The notes beneath the pieces are model-generated. The model did not search any database, was not told where the DNA came from, and saw only the letters and a program-made list of their open reading frames with translations. A stretch of 62,934 bases of DNA, counting the filler, from Sluysia triapertura (Eukaryota), in the NCBI GenBank assembly GCA_046118255.1. It is 5 parts of 5 records of this genome, joined end to end, with 100 filler letters (N's around TTAATTAATTAA, not from the genome) between each part and the next. Parts side by side here need not be neighbours in the genome. Positions count along the whole stretch, not along the records: positions 25,292 to 36,100 come from JBJNIA010193194.1; positions 36,201 to 48,791 come from JBJNIA010096329.1; 3 more parts are not named here. One strand, given 5' to 3'. How positions within the stretch are numbered: position 1 is the first letter of the stretch; every line of letters begins with the position of its first letter. This document shows, in pieces, positions 25,292 to 40,399 of this stretch. The position numbers and the translations under genes are program-made.

Positions 25292-27249
25292 GTGTTCGTA
25301 CTGCGTGCTAGCAAGCTAATTAAACAAATAAATATTACAAATCTGCTACTTACCATAGAAAATTAAGGCAAGTCTTATATTAAAAATAAAAAAAATATTG
25401 TGATACCATCTTTATTCTCTATGAAAATTTTTGTTGATACTTCCCTCTCCTTCAGAGTTGTCCCGCTTTGCCCATCTAAAAATCTGGTCACTTTAAAAAA
25501 GGTAATTACTGGGTGATAATAAATTATACCAAAATTATCGTTGAAATTTAATTATTAAAATTTTTAAGCTTATAACCGACTTAAAAAGATAAATAATTAC
25601 TTATACCTTCTGTTCGATTTCTTCCTAAAAATCAACAATTATGAAAAATTGTATTATGATAGGGTCCGTCTGTATATTGCGATTTATGTCTGGACGAGGA
25701 CGCAATTACAGATATATTAGCAAAACTAATTTAACGCTTTCTTAAAAATCAAAGAAAGGGTCACTAAATTTTTCTTTTAATCAACATTATCTTTAGGAAA
25801 TTAACTAATCTCTCAAATGCTTTAGTTTAATCTAGATTAATCACTTTAGTTCAATCTATCAATTAAACTTCTCTTTAAATTCTTTAAATTAATTTAACTT
25901 AATCTATAAAATTTGATTCAGTATATTCTTTAAACTCAAATTCTTACGTTATTAATTTTTCAATTAATTAATAAGAAAATACACAATAAACGAAATTTTA
26001 TTAAGGAAATAGTAATTTTCACAAAGGAATATAACAAATATAACAATACAAGATAAGTAATTTAAAAATAAAGAGATTTATTTTGATTTTAAGAAATAAT
26101 TAAGCCAGGTTTGATACTTGGCCTGAATAAAATGATTTTACGTAAAATATTAATGCATAAGTTATTTTTGCATATCCTAACAATTATCAACTCAAGTGAT
26201 TGAACAAAGATAATTTCCAAAATGTTATCCAAAAATTTATAGCGACATTATCCAAATTATCGTATAATTATATTAATCCTTTGTACGATCCTATAATAAT
26301 CAAATAGTTCCTTTAACCAATGCGTTATCCAAATTAAATCGATTCTTTGTCCAAATAATATATTAAATCTTTCTCTCGAACGTATTCCTGCGGAACTCTT
26401 TTAAACATTTTCGTTGTGTATCTTTAAAATAACTTCTTTTATATGATTTTAACAATTATTTTTATTATTTTGTAAGTATAATTATATTATTTTGTAAACA
26501 TAAAAACTACATAAAATAAATATAAAATTCTTTTTTTTATTCTATCATAAAATTTTATCTGAATAATTTTTAAATTAATTTTTTACAAAACCAAATATTA
26601 ATTTTATTTACAAATTTTTTATTTAAATTCAAATAAATTTTTTCATTTTTTATCAATTAATCTTTACAAAAATTATTTACAAAAACTAAATATTAATTTT
26701 ATTTGCAAAGTTACAAATACAAAATTATTTACATTTCCAATTATCTAACACTAGCGATCACATTTTTGCTAAACATTTAGACATAAACTATAAGAAAGCT
26801 GCTCAATACTTTAAAACTGATTAAATTTTGTAGGGATATTTTTTATTATTACTGTTGACCCAGATTTTTGGTTAAAAATGGTTATTAACATTTTGCTTGT
26901 TGTGAATATTATATTGTGTTAATTGATTGTGCAAAGACATTGATTTATACCTGATAATTTGTATTTATTCTGTGATTATTAAGAGTATATTGTGATTAAA
27001 GAATAACGAATAACTTGTAATTATTAAAAATACATCGAAATTTCAGACTAATTTAATTTTGTTATTGAATCATTGTTAATAATTTTAAATAAAGAGTTAA
27101 CAAAAAATATTTTCAATAATAGAAAATTATTTTATTTAAATCTAAAAGAAATAATTTCAACACTAATAAACCGACAACATTGTGTTTTTTTAAATACAAG
27201 TTTGTTTTTGAGATTTGGCTGGAATTATTCACCCATTTTCCTGTACGAA

Positions 27250-27310
<61 letters not shown>
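27250..27310. repeat. (TAT)n microsatellite
   Basis: Perfect run; explains the poly-Tyr ORF. Confidence 0.95.
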
Positions 27311-27311
<1 letters not shown>

Positions 27312-30300
27312 TTCTATTCGTGAAGAATTCTCAGTTAATAATTTAAGCATTAAACTTTGCATTATTTATTCGCCCACTATAAAGTCTAAACCACAACTGA
27401 AGAACCTTTAGTCTTTAAGTTCCATTTCCATTTATAAATGCAACCTATTTGACGATTTGACTTATGAATAAAGTGAACAAAAATAATAATTATAAATGAA
27501 TATGTTTCGTTTTTATTTTATTTAATTTTACTTTATTCATGAAACTAGAAAAATTCTTCAATTCTCAACAAAAAACTAAACGAAAAAAATATCTATGCTT
27601 AAAATAAATTATACAACTATAACATATATTTTAGCTTAATAATCACTGCATGCAGCATGAGAAAATCATATGCGATTTAATGGTAAAAATGTAAAATTAT
27701 TAAACGCCCTGATTGCAATAAAACGCAAAAAAGTAGTTTTTCGTCATGAAAAAGTTTCTCATTCCTGGTTTAGATCTCACCCAATTATTACACATTTTGT
27801 TATTTGTTAAAAATATATGAGTAGAAAAAATTGAAATCTTTGAAAAATAAACCAATAAATACGATGTTTTTGAATAATAAACAGCTAGAATTATTTTAAA
27901 GTATTTTAAAATTTATCCGTACATTGAGAAATGTGTGTGGTTGCAAATGAAAACTATGTATTATAAATTATATAAATATAATATTTAGCCAATGTCTTAC
28001 TAAATGAATATCACTGGTTTTGTCAACTATGTATATCAAATTTTTCAATTTAAAAATAAGTTAATATTGCATTTAAATATATATTTTCTTACAAAAGAAC
28101 TAAATATTTGTATATATTGTTTTAATGACTGCTTGTATGAAACACAAAAGATGTACAATATAATTTCTAGTTTATATTCCCAAAAATAAGATAATTAATT
28201 ATTTTTCTTGTAACTTATTGTAAATTAAGTTAATTTGCAATATTTCTCAACTTACGGTGTTTTTATTACATATCTCCAAGTTAATAGCAAAAAATATGAA
28301 TTATTTGTATTCCAAAATTATAAAATTTTACATCTAAACTTGTAATATTAATTGCTAGGTTTTTGTTTTATCGATTTTGTTAATCAATATTATATATTAT
28401 TTCACTTTTGATTTTTTTAATGTTGTTTTTTTAAAATTCAACCTTTTCTTTTTTGGCAAGCATTTTATTAAAAAATTTTACTGCTGTAAATATTTAATAC
28501 AGATGTATAATATAAACAAATTATACTTCATGTTTGTAACGGGTAATGGAAAGTTAAAATAATATTATGTTAACATGTATTTTGTTTACGAATTTATAGT
28601 TATGCACTAAACTCGAATTTTCTATTGTTTTATATATTATTAGGTTATCTATTATGAAATATCTGCTTTGTTTTTGCGTTATTCTTTCATTGAAAAATTT
28701 TGATTTAATAAATTTGTTTCTTTATATTAAAATAGTTTATTTATTTATCTTCCAAATAACCCTAAAAGTAGGCTACTCATTGATTGTTTTGCTAGTTAAA
28801 AAAACTTGACTGAATAGAGTTTTACTAAGAATTAAAATGTTAACTTATTGCTGCATATGCTGTCAGAAACATAAATAAAACTCTTCAGCAGAAGAATTTA
28901 AAAGAGGTGACCTAAGATTGAAATTAAAAATCAATGAATTATAATAAAAATGAATTATAATAAACTTTTACAAAAGTTAAATTTCAATCTTTCGATATTA
29001 ATTTAAACATAAAAGGTAATACTTCTGATACTGTTCGTTAGGGTTGCTACTTGGTCGATTTTGTTAAGTGAGCTTCCAGATAAACAAAATACTTCTTCAG
29101 AAAAATTCAATGATTAATGGTATTCTAATTTGTGTTAGTTATGTCAGTAGGAGGTTATATGGTTTGGTTGAGTTAATAATATAAAAATTTTTGTAATTAA
29201 GAATTTTATCTTTTAAATTAACCATGAAAATTTTAATTTGAAGATCTATTAATTTAAATTTAACACTGTCAGATAATTTTAAGTTTAAAACTAAGATATA
29301 AAAAGGTGTATACATCAAATTGTATATATTTTTACGAAAATTAAAATTGACAGAAAAGTTGTAATTATTGAGCGAGCTGCTTTTCGGATACAGATATGTT
29401 GTATCATCCTAAAATAAGAAAAATCAAAGTTAGTTAATACGTAAGTGTAAAAATTCATAATTATTTTAATATTTTTGTTCTTTAAATCTTTATGGAATTG
29501 CGTCACATCACCAACTTCATAGTATGGTATTTATAAGGTTTTGTATTCGCTCAACATGATCATGGAATATGTAAATGTGTAAAAATTTTAGTTTTATAGT
29601 TTATATTTTAAAAATTCTAAAATATTGTAAGAATTATTAAAATTGCGATTATTTAAAAACTACTAATAATAATTAAATTAAAATTAATAATTAATTATAC
29701 CAAAAGTAACCTAAAAAGAATTTAAACGAATGTTCGAGAATAGAAAGTTGTTTTTGTGGTGGCCAACCCAATATTTTAAAATTTTATTTTTTTAATAATA
29801 TACAACAAAATTACACTTCAGAACATCTCACAATACCTTCAAATACTCGAAACATGAAATTTTATATCATCCAAATTATACCCAACTTTAAAAAAATTAA
29901 TTGAAATATTTTAAATTTAATTCAACACACTTCACATAAAATCACATTCCATAACACTTTAACTATTTTACATCTAAACTTCTGTACATTTTATTTTCTC
30001 TACTTCCACTAAAACCTTATCCTAACCTGCTCAAAACATCCCTATTTCATGCTTCATAACATAAAAGTACATACACTTTCAGAATAATAATAGACATCAA
30101 AAAAATTAATAATAAACATTTTACTCATGGTCCTATAACAGCATAACCATAATCACATTTGTTTACATCTTACAATTACTTTTAAAAGGCATCAAAATCG
30201 TCGTCATATTTTATTTCCTTCAGACTCATCAAAATCACTTTATAGCTTAAAACATTTTTTATACACAATATATGAACATCCAAACCAAATAGAGTCAAAA

Positions 30301-30529
30301 CCATTAATACACATTAGATTTTATTCACTACATTTTTAAGTCACAATCTTCCAACACCCAAACTCTTCTTTCACTTAAAAAATTAAAGAATATGTAAAAA
30401 TTTCTTTTAAAACATTCATTCATTACACCCAAATTTTATTGTAAATGTAAAAGCACAATTTAAAACATTATAAACTCACAACCTTTTAACATTCAACTTC
30501 TATGACAATTACAATATTAAAGATATCTC

Positions 30530-30594
30530 AATAAGAAAAAGAAATAACAGAATAAGAAAAAGAAATAACAGAATAAGAAAAAGAAATAACAGAA
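30530..30594. repeat. 21-bp tandem repeat x3
   Basis: AATAAGAAAAAGAAATAACAG x3. Confidence 0.9.
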
Positions 30595-30651
30595 AGTTTA
30601 TGTTAAACATAAATGATTTATGTCTTTTTTATCATTTGATTTTGATTACTA

Positions 30652-30698
<47 letters not shown>

Positions 30699-31231
30699 GC
30701 TATTAGGACCATTTTTATTAGTACTATCTCATTCACTTTATTATCTTTGTTGTTATTACTAATTATTGTCATTTTGTCGCTGTGGTCATTAGTTTTTGCA
30801 TCAAACACATCCTAGTAACTGCCAGAGATTGACAGTTAATTAAACAAAGTAGTATCAATAGTATTTACTATCAACCACTGAGAGCTGGATATCGTTATTA
30901 CTAATTCTGTGCTTTCATTGGTTGTCCAACCAGAATTAACATCGCTATCTTGTCTCTCTTTCTGGCTGAACAACCAATGATGGTTGCCCAGTTAACATTA
31001 CAACTGTCTTGAAGATTAACTTTTATTGGCAATCTAATTTTAGAATAATTATGATAGGCACGGTTATTTAAAAATCTACATAATAAAGAGTATAATTAAC
31101 AACACAATTACCAGTATTATTTGTATTAACTATTCATGCTATATTGTTGATTTATAATCTCTAAAAAGATATAACGTTGACATAAAATTATCAACACTTT
31201 CAAAAATTGTACAATATTAGGTAATTAGTAG

Positions 31232-32539
31232 ATGCCTGATTATACTGAATATTATGAAACAGGAAAAGATTATTATTTTTACGATGATTATAAAGCTGAT
31301 GAACCTAAAATATATACTAAATTCTTACTTTATGAAGAACTGCATACTACAAATATGGAAATAATGTTAAATAAAGTTATAGAAGAATTGACACTAAGAT
31401 TAATGTTTCATTTACTATTGTTAAAATATTATTTATATCATATAATTCATCATTAGATAAAATTTGTCTAGACATATCTAGTAATCCTTACAACGTTTTG
31501 TTCAAAACTCATATGTTTCCTAATTATATCAAATCTGATTTTATATGTCGAAAAATACAAACTAATATACTATGTCTTACCTATCCGTCATATTTGAATA
31601 AGATCCACAATACTTTGGAAGTATTACCTACGAACAATATGGATAATTCAAAATGGCTGAAAAAGAATCAATTCCAACAACATGTCATTCCAAGCTTGAT
31701 TTTCCACAAAGATGTCATTAGTCCATTTGAAGCCTATTGCGGAAAAACTGTCACTTACCATGTTCAAATTATGCAGCATGCTTTATATACATAAAGATTA
31801 TGATTATTACAATTAATTCGATAAAGCAAGAATGTTGCAGATTACTGAAGAAAAATTTAGAGATGACTGTTCGAATTACTGAACTTAGAGATTTTGATGT
31901 CGACACGGCTGCAGCAATTCCTATTCGAATATTGATGTTGCTACAACATAAGAATGTATTTAGACAAAAATTTTATTATATTCAACTTTTAGCGTTAGAT
32001 CAAGCTGATAAAACGATAAGTTATCAAATAATTCGAAACATCGATAAAGTTATAAGAATTCTACCATCCGAATCAAACAGTAAGAATAAAAACAATGATA
32101 AAAAGAATTTTAAAAAGTCACAAATAATGCACCTTGCAGAATCAAGAAATACACGACATGCAGAAAATGTGTTTACAAATTTAAAATTTAATAAACCAAA
32201 AACCGTTGATTTTTATCAGTCTAGAATTGGCTTTAGTTCATCGAGTTTGAATATATGTTGCAAAACGGTCTTTGTCCATATGCAACAATCAATGATGAAA
32301 GATGCATAAGATTTGGTTTAGGGTGTAAATATTTACATTCCATCAATGAATTAGAAGACATAGATGTCTACCAAACAGTCCGAAATGCTCACTACATTAG
32401 GATAGCCCACTTAATTGCAAATGTTAGTAATAAAGCTGATGAGAATACAACCAACTGTCCTACAATGCAACGTTCAGATACAAAATCTACGAACAACGAG
32501 AAAGTAATAATTAATTATACTTCCTTGATGATATTTTAA
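31232..32539 (+). pseudogene. Frameshifted cargo gene with a CCCH-like zinc finger
   Basis: Four consecutive overlapping same-strand ORFs; GLCPY...RCIRFGLGCKYLHSINEL resembles C3H1 fingers. Confidence 0.45.
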
Positions 32540-33836
32540 TTAGGTATTTCTATTTAGTGAAAAATGGTGGTTCTCAAAAATTATGGTATATTCTGAAGCT
32601 AACAAGGATGAACAGTTCTAAATTAATTAGTATAAATAAAATTAAATCTTTAATGTTATTTCTTTGTAATTTGTTGTACTTTAAAATAATTTTCTTTAGT
32701 AATTTTAACGTTTGCCAACATAATAAAGTTATACTAGCAAATTATGGTAAAATAAATAAGTTATTAAAGATAGTTATTGAATTGAATAAGGTAATAATCT
32801 TTAAACCAACACAGTTTTATTAAAGTAATTTTTAAATATGGCTTTATGTAAAGAAACGCAGATAAAGAAAGACGCCATTAGAATTTGGTATGACTTTGTT
32901 AAAGATTCGCCACTGTTTATTGGTTACTTATTGGTAATTCATTCGTCACTAGAAAAATCATCAGTACATCTATTCTCGGTCATTTTAAAACTCCAGTAAT
33001 TCATTTCATTCGTCAAACATCCAACGATGAGAGGGTTACAATTCAATTTTCAGTTAGCCAAACGATCAGATTATTTGGGAAAAAGAACAATCCTATATCT
33101 CGAGCATTCTTTTGATTAATTGAATTGTACGTTTATTGTGTATAGTTTGCATACTCAATTTAAGTTAAAATATATACTTAAAATACTAAATTTTCGGTTG
33201 GTCATTAAGGCCAATCACATAATTACTCTAAATTTTAAATTCATCGCTTTTTAGTTGGCCCTTAAGGTCACTTACAAAATCCGTATCAATCCGTATTATA
33301 ATTCAATTGATTATCATTATTATACGTGTTGTTATTTAAATTAAAGTATTTGCATTATATTTTATAAACATATTGTTATCCTATTTTAATTTTATTTATT
33401 AAATTTTTTGTTGTGGTATAGTAAAACTTAGATAGTGTTGAATATTAGTTTATTATAATTTTACTATCAAATTTGTAACATAATTGTAGTTTACCTTATG
33501 TATATTGCAGAAAATTTTAGATTAGATAAATTATTCATAAGAAGCACTTTGATTATAGTATAAGTTTATTAATTTTTTAGAATGCCTCAAAAATCTAACG
33601 ATTAGTATAACAAGACTTAATAAAGAGTTAAAGAAAAAAGAGTAATACGTTTCTATACTAATATTGTTAACTTTATTTTCACATAGACTTAAATATTACA
33701 TATTAAAGCGTTGGTCGTGATTATTTTTTAAGCTCTTTAGTATCAGTTGACATAATCAACGATTTTGCCCAATATTGTTAAATTAAGGCAAAACGTATCT
33801 TTTATACGATTAATCTTAATAAGTGTTTTCACGTGA

Positions 33837-33912
33837 TTTTTACAGGTACGCCATTAGTAAGTCGTATACTGTAAACGGACTCAGAATAATAATTTATTTT
33901 GCTGTAAGTTAG
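33837..33912 (+). repeat. About 75-bp dispersed repeat, copy 2
   Basis: Near-identical to 9163-9237. Confidence 0.75.
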
Positions 33913-35619
33913 TTTTTTTGTATTATTATTGTTATTATTATTACTATTATTACTATTAATATTATTATTATTGTTATTGTTATTATCATTATTATTATTT
34001 GCAGTGAACAAACTTTCCATGGAAAATAATCAATAATTTTTCATATTTTAGATATATTTTAATAATTAAAATTTATAATGTTTTATCAATAATTAGGTAA
34101 TAATTTAAATCTTAAAAGTTATAAAAATATTAATAATGTATGAAGATAATACGCCACAAAATTGTGGATTTATCTCATAATTAGATATATTTCAACCAAT
34201 CAAATTATCAAATTTATCAGAAACATCAGAATAGAAATGAAATAAGGTATTTGTATTTCAAATTATGGATAAATTATTATTTATGACATAACTATACAAA
34301 AACTGTATCAATACAAATCGAATAAAATAACAGAATGATTGATCAACAAGTCTATCTTTATCAATTTTCCAAAAATGAAGGTACTAGGAAATTCTAGAAT
34401 TATATTCGTTTTTGATTGTCTGCTGGCTATATATATATATTTGCTGCATATATACAAACACAATTTATATTGTGGCGATTAAAATATAAATAGATTGTTT
34501 TTATGCTTATTTAGAATTAGCTTCCATACTCTTATCGTGAATTCTCTGTGATAATGGACTTACTCACTAAAGGGCCAGCACATAGATTTGCAGCTTAAGA
34601 ATAGAGAAAAGACTGAAGGTATATATGTATATTCAAAAATCCTCTTAAACTTGTTTCATTATTTTATTACAGAAATATAAACACACTAAATTTTATTTAT
34701 TTGATAAGTTATTATACACAAATTAATCAACTAAAAATATAGTGCAAATTCAAAAATTGTCAATTGAATTACTCAAAACTATCTATTATTTTTAATAATA
34801 ACAAAATGTCAATAAATTATTATATAAATCAATAAAATTGTTATAATGCAATGTTCAATATAAAGTTAGGTGAGTACAATGTTAAAAAACGATGCTTAAA
34901 AAAATTATAATATGTAAACTTAATGTTTATACTTTTATCTAAATCAAAGGATTAACGATCTATACAATTTGTTAATATTAATTCAATATTAATATTAATA
35001 TTTTAAAAACTAATGTATCAGTAAAAAAGTTACTGATTTTGTAATGTTATTTTACTTATATTTTATGTTAATAATTAAAATAGACTTATTACAATAAAAC
35101 TAACGATTTACAAAGTATTAAATTAGTTTCAACAAATCGTAATTGAAATATTAATTATCCTCTATGATTAACCGTAAATCTTCAATCAAATGATTAAAAT
35201 TTTCTTAACCAATTTATAAAATTACTATCAGAGTTATACCAATTTTCTAAAATTACTATCAAAATAAAACTTGTATTTATACTTTGTTGTTACTAAGCAG
35301 TGTAAATAGTAGTGGTAGATTTAAAGAATATTGTTATTTTATTTATACAATAATAATAATAAATAAATATTTTTAAATAATAATTTTATAAATATTTTTA
35401 AATATTCTATGGTAATTTCAATTATAATAAAATAATACCATTAATTTTATTGATTTCACTTATAATAATAATAATATGATATAATACCTTTAATTTTAAT
35501 AATAAAAGCAAACTGTTTAATAATAATAATAATAATAAAAAACTGTATCTTTACAATATTATAACAAATTAACAATACTATTTAATACTATTTTATTTAT
35601 TTAATAAATAAAATACTTA

Positions 35620-36100
35620 TAGGTTCCAATTTTAGTACACTTTTAATTTCTATATTGCATTTAATTAAATAAATTTCGCTTCAAAATTATAAGACACATT
35701 ATACAAACTTTTTATTTAAGAGACTACACGTATTGTATAAAATTAGTATTGTATTGATGTTTTCGTCATGAATTTTTATTTCAATCTTTTCCCAAGCATT
35801 CATTATTGTATTTTTAACTCAGATATATTATTATACTGTTTTCCTTGACTGTACACCTTAAAGGATAATTGAGACCATAAATTTCCTATTTGAGTGAGGT
35901 CACTATAATACTTTTAATCCATCTACTTATAAGTGTAGTTTTAGATCTATGGCAAAGATGACGTTGATATTTTCTGGAAGTTTGATACTTTTTTATCAAA
36001 TCATAATACTTATCACCATTAAGAGTTGATGGAACCACATGTAAAGCTAGCTTTTTATCATAAATTATGGCACCCCGTACCATAACTGATCCTCCACCAC
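35620..36100 (-). pseudogene. Tc1/mariner transposase C-terminal fragment
   Basis: GGGSVMVRGAI...LNGDKYYDLI..., then ENLWSQL..KVYSQGKQYNNISELKNTIMNAWEKI after a frameshift; truncated by the gap. Confidence 0.85.
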
Positions 36101-36200
36101 NNNNNNNNNNNNNNNNNNNNNNNNNNNNNNNNNNNNNNNNNNNNTTAATTAATTAANNNNNNNNNNNNNNNNNNNNNNNNNNNNNNNNNNNNNNNNNNNN
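36101..36200. other. Assembly gap/linker
   Basis: N44-TTAATTAATTAA-N44. Confidence 0.98.
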
Positions 36201-36704
36201 GAACCATTTTACAAACATTTTGAGTTCACTTATGGATTCTCCTTTTTCATAGCAATCATCTCATATTCCATTCATCTAACTTTCGAATGCGGAATTCTAC
36301 GTTAAATTTGAAACTGTATTTTTTCGAAAATACCTTTCAATGAAGGTATGGTTCGACCAAGTTCATGCAAGGAAAGCCTTAATATTCAGCAAAGTCAAAT
36401 TTTAATTATGGAATGTTGAATTTTTTATACTTAGAATGATGCAAATGTAATGAATTGAATGTAAGATGATTGGTTTGGATGAAGAGAATCTCTAGAAGTA
36501 AGTTTTAATTGTCAGACATTTTCACAAAGAAATTGGGTGTGAAAATTGAAAATCAATTAGATTCTGAAAACTAAAATTATATTTTTTATGTATGTTAACA
36601 ATAATAATGATTATTATATTAATGTGAGAATTAATTTAAGTAAAAGTCGATTGAGTAGAATAAGAGAAAATGACAGCTGATTATAAATCAAATTTTTGTG
36701 TTTT
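36201..36704 (-). repeat. Inverted partial copy of family X
   Basis: Reverse complement of 8360-8840 (e.g. GTTCATG.CAAGGAAAGCCTTAATA). Confidence 0.8.
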
Positions 36705-38160
36705 TGTGCGTCTTTATAATTATTAGTAACAGTAAATCAATATCAGTTTAATTTGCTTAAATAGAAGCGCAATAATTTTAATATTCAGTATATAAAGTAT
36801 GAACTATCACAAATTTTCTAATTTTACTAAGGATATTTATTCAACCCAAAAAATTAAGCTCTTTATTCAAATTAATAACAATAACTCAATAATATAATAA
36901 TTACAAAATCAAAAGGAAGTCATTATTATGAGTTTCTGCTTTTTCTAAATGTCTAAATTTCAAAATTAACAATAATATTTATGACAATATTAAGAGCCAG
37001 AGGTAACGCAACCTAAGAAAAAATTAACTATTATCACGCTTATCAAATATAAATTTCCAAAAACAATACAAAAACAAAAACCGTTTCAATAAAACCGCCC
37101 CAAAAATAAATTTTTCATTATTAAAATATTAAAATTATATAATAAATTCAAAATTTACTTAAAGCATGGATCTTCATCATTTTCATTACAAATTGTTCTT
37201 TTTAAGTAAAATTTTTAAGTGTTCCTGTTCATATTTTTAATCATCCATTCATTCCCAAATATAGAATTAAACATTCTCTCACTGCAACATTCTTTGAAAA
37301 TTAATCCGACAATAATAACTTTGACAGCTGCATGGTACAGATTGTCAAACTTAAGAAACTGATTTATGATTATCTCTTATTTTTATTATTCTAAAACAAA
37401 CCACTCAAATTTGACTTTGCTCAATATTAAGGCTTTCTTTGCATGAACTTTGTCAAACCATACCTACATCGAAAGGTCTTTTCAAAAGAAATACATATAC
37501 ATTTTCAAATACATATAGAGCATTCAAAAGTTATTCACAAAAGCGTACTTTTTCTTAATTAAGTTAATTAAGATTTTAATTAATTAATCTACTTTTAGAC
37601 TTAATCTTATTTTATGTTTAAAGGTTTTTATTGAGGTTCTAAAGTTATTTAGTAATTTATAAGGCATTCGGGAGGCCCTAGATATTTTCACTTTCACCTC
37701 TCTGATTCCTTTTTCTACTTTTTCATTTTAATTATTACCATACTTAATTTATTCTTAATACCAATAACAATAATTTTAATTCTCAAATATTTTTAAAGAT
37801 TTTAAATACTTTATAAGGTGATTTGAAGATCTCAGATGCTTATAAAGGTTTCAAGAATACTTAATGGTTCGTAAAGTCTTGGATGATCTCAAAGTTCACA
37901 TATTGAAAAGTGTCCCAATACCTTTAAAGGTCTATTAGTGTATTTTAAACTTCATAAGGTCTCAATCTCTTATATAGGTGTTTGGAATTCTAAGGTATTC
38001 TTTAGCTGTTAACATTATTATAGATGTTTTCATTTTCATGATTCTTATTCCAAAAATGTTTACAATGTTCAATCCATCACTTTGAATCAGTTCTCCACTC
38101 ACTTTATATTTCTATATGTTTATCACTCATCTCCTGATCCACAGGTGAGCAATTCCAACA
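36705..38160 (+). mobile_element. Family X solo-LTR-like copy
   Basis: Starts TGTGCGTC (homologous to the TGTTGCATC start at 51326), ends CAG|GTGAGCAATTCCAACA; shared core blocks. Confidence 0.7.
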
Positions 38161-39733
38161 TTATTATGTTACGTAAGAATTGTACGCTTTCTTACAAGTA
38201 TTCCTTTTCTTTATCAATAAATATGTATTTTTAAATACTATTCTTTCTTAAATGTTTTTTGCTTTTGTTTATTGCTTTACTCCTTTTAGTTCAATTTCTT
38301 AATCGTTCTACCTTTAAGTTTTACACATAAATCGAATATATCTGTATTTTCCGAATCTTCTCCGTAGACAGTGTTCAAAAGTTTAATCTTATAAGTATAT
38401 TTCTTTTAACTTTTCTCTATTTTAGTTATTGTATTACTTTAGACTCGTTTTTCTTACTGGAATAATTTGATTTATATGAGTTTTCTCATTATCTTTGTAA
38501 TTAAGTCAAATGCGAAATTCCTTTTATATATTTTTGTCTTGAATATTTACAGCTAAATCTTTCAAATAAATCTTTCAAATAAAAATTAACGAGAAGGTTA
38601 AACTTTATTATGGACAAATAGACAGATTTCTTAATTATTGAACAAGTTACAAATAAAATAAAAGAATTATAATAATACGAAAGTTTAAACTTACACTTAA
38701 AAAATAATTCTGAAGGTTAGCTCGCTTAATAGTTACGACTTAAATCCGCAAAGAAGGCGCTCCACTAGGATTTTTATAAAAGAATTTATAACACGTCAAA
38801 TTTCAAAAGTTGTCACGAAGCTTATAAATAATTAATCGTCGTTTGTGAGAACTTAATCGCGAATACTTTAACTGATTACTAATTTTAAGTGAACATGTTA
38901 CGGTCTGACAAACTGTATTAGAATTTAAATATTAAGTCAGCCTGTTACGGTCTGATAAATGCGTCAAAAGTTTAAAGAAATTATCCACTATATATTCACT
39001 TTAATCTATAACTTAATTAATTTAACACAAAAAATTTAAAACTATAATATAATAGCAATAATTAGTTTAAGGGACTTAGCCTCTTAGTACTTAAAATTTT
39101 TAGGAAGATTTTAACCTAACTGTTTTACGATCTAGGAAGATTAATAAAGCTTAAGTATATTTTATTTTCTGCAAATTAATAACAGAAATAAAAAAAATTA
39201 TTTTAAATAATCTTAATTGGTTTTTGGCATTTACTGCATCATCATCATTAAAGATTAATCTGTAATTTTTACTATTAATTTAGCTGTACAAAATTTATTG
39301 CTATTTAAATCTTTAAAGAACGAAGATATAATCAAATGATTCATAAGTCGTGATACTACATAAAGACTCTTTCAGTAAAATTCGCCTAAAAAAACCTACT
39401 GATACGCCACCTTAAGCACAAATCGTAAATTGTTGGTAAATATGTATTGTTGAATATAGATTGTATCTTACAATTGTTGGGATTGGTGAAGGATGAGGGT
39501 GGATATTAGGGTCAAAACTAAGGATAACAAAATAAATTTAACATTATTAAAGAATTAAGATGAGGCATTGTGATGAACTGAAATGGTAGCATAAGCATAT
39601 AAACTATTTAAATCGAAATAAAATAATTAGAAATACGAAGAAATAACCATTTGCAGGGTTTTATTTGTTAAAATATTGAAGTACATTTTTTAATTAACTT
39701 AATTAATTTAATGATTAAAGTGAAGAGGGAAAA

Positions 39734-39975
39734 ATTCAGCAGGTAAGTTGTTGTTGAATTTGTTATCGTTATAAAGTACAAATTCAACATGAAAATCTTT
39801 AATTTAAAAAAATATTACTTCGTCTTTAATAAGTTTTACAAATAGTACTTTTAAATTTTTGTTTACTATTTCATTATCTTTAATCGTATTATCATCAAAT
39901 TCAGCAGGTAAGTTGTTGTTGAATTTGTTCTCGTTATAAAGTACAAATTCAACATAAAAACCTTTAATTTGAAAA
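39734..39975 (+). repeat. About 78-bp direct duplication (39734-39810 and 39897-39975)
   Basis: AAATTCAGCAGGTAAGTTGTTGTTGAATTTGTT.TCGTTATAAAGTACAAATTCAACAT occurs twice. Confidence 0.9.
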
Positions 39976-39977
39976 AG

Positions 39978-40397
39978 TTAGTCTTTTTGTTGTTTATGTG
40001 AAGATGTTGGATCAAAAAAATAAGTTTTTATTAACAAGTTTTTAAAAAATATACCCGCAATACCATGAACTTCTTCGCGTTTAATTTCCACATCGTCTGT
40101 TGGTACAGTAGTATGAGTAAGTCGTACTGGATCATAAACCGCTTGTGAAATGTGTACTCGACCAGGCTGAACTGACGGTTCCATTGTATTAGCAATTATG
40201 ACATCGTTTGGGTAAGCATCAATTCTGAATCGTACTTTACCGATAATGGCACGATTAACACGACCAGTATGAATACTGACACGCATATTAACATTTGGTA
40301 ACTTGTGAAGCAAGAATGACATGTTAAATGCTTTATTGTACTGTATTTTTGATCTAACATTTAGCAGAGCAATTTCACCTTTAAAACTGGTTTCCAT
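39978..40397 (-). pseudogene. Class III adenylyl/guanylyl cyclase catalytic domain fragment
   Basis: NMRVSIHTGRV..AIIG..RFRIDAYPNDVIIANTMEPSVQPGRVHISQ; N-terminal half missing. Confidence 0.85.
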
Positions 40398-40399
40398 AT

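Larger units (their letters stand above)
29755..32813 (+). mobile_element. Cargo-carrying TG...CA element, copy B (3059 bp, 5-bp TSD GTTTT)
   Basis: Starts TGTGGTGG, ends CCAACACA; GTTTT at 29750-29754 and 32814-32818; internal inverted repeat 30915-30980; ORFs 31232-32539. Confidence 0.75.

Noticed and set aside
38167-39030. Additional solo-LTR candidates (also about 11210-11900 and 25480-26430)
   Set aside because: No matching TSD or second copy identified by eye
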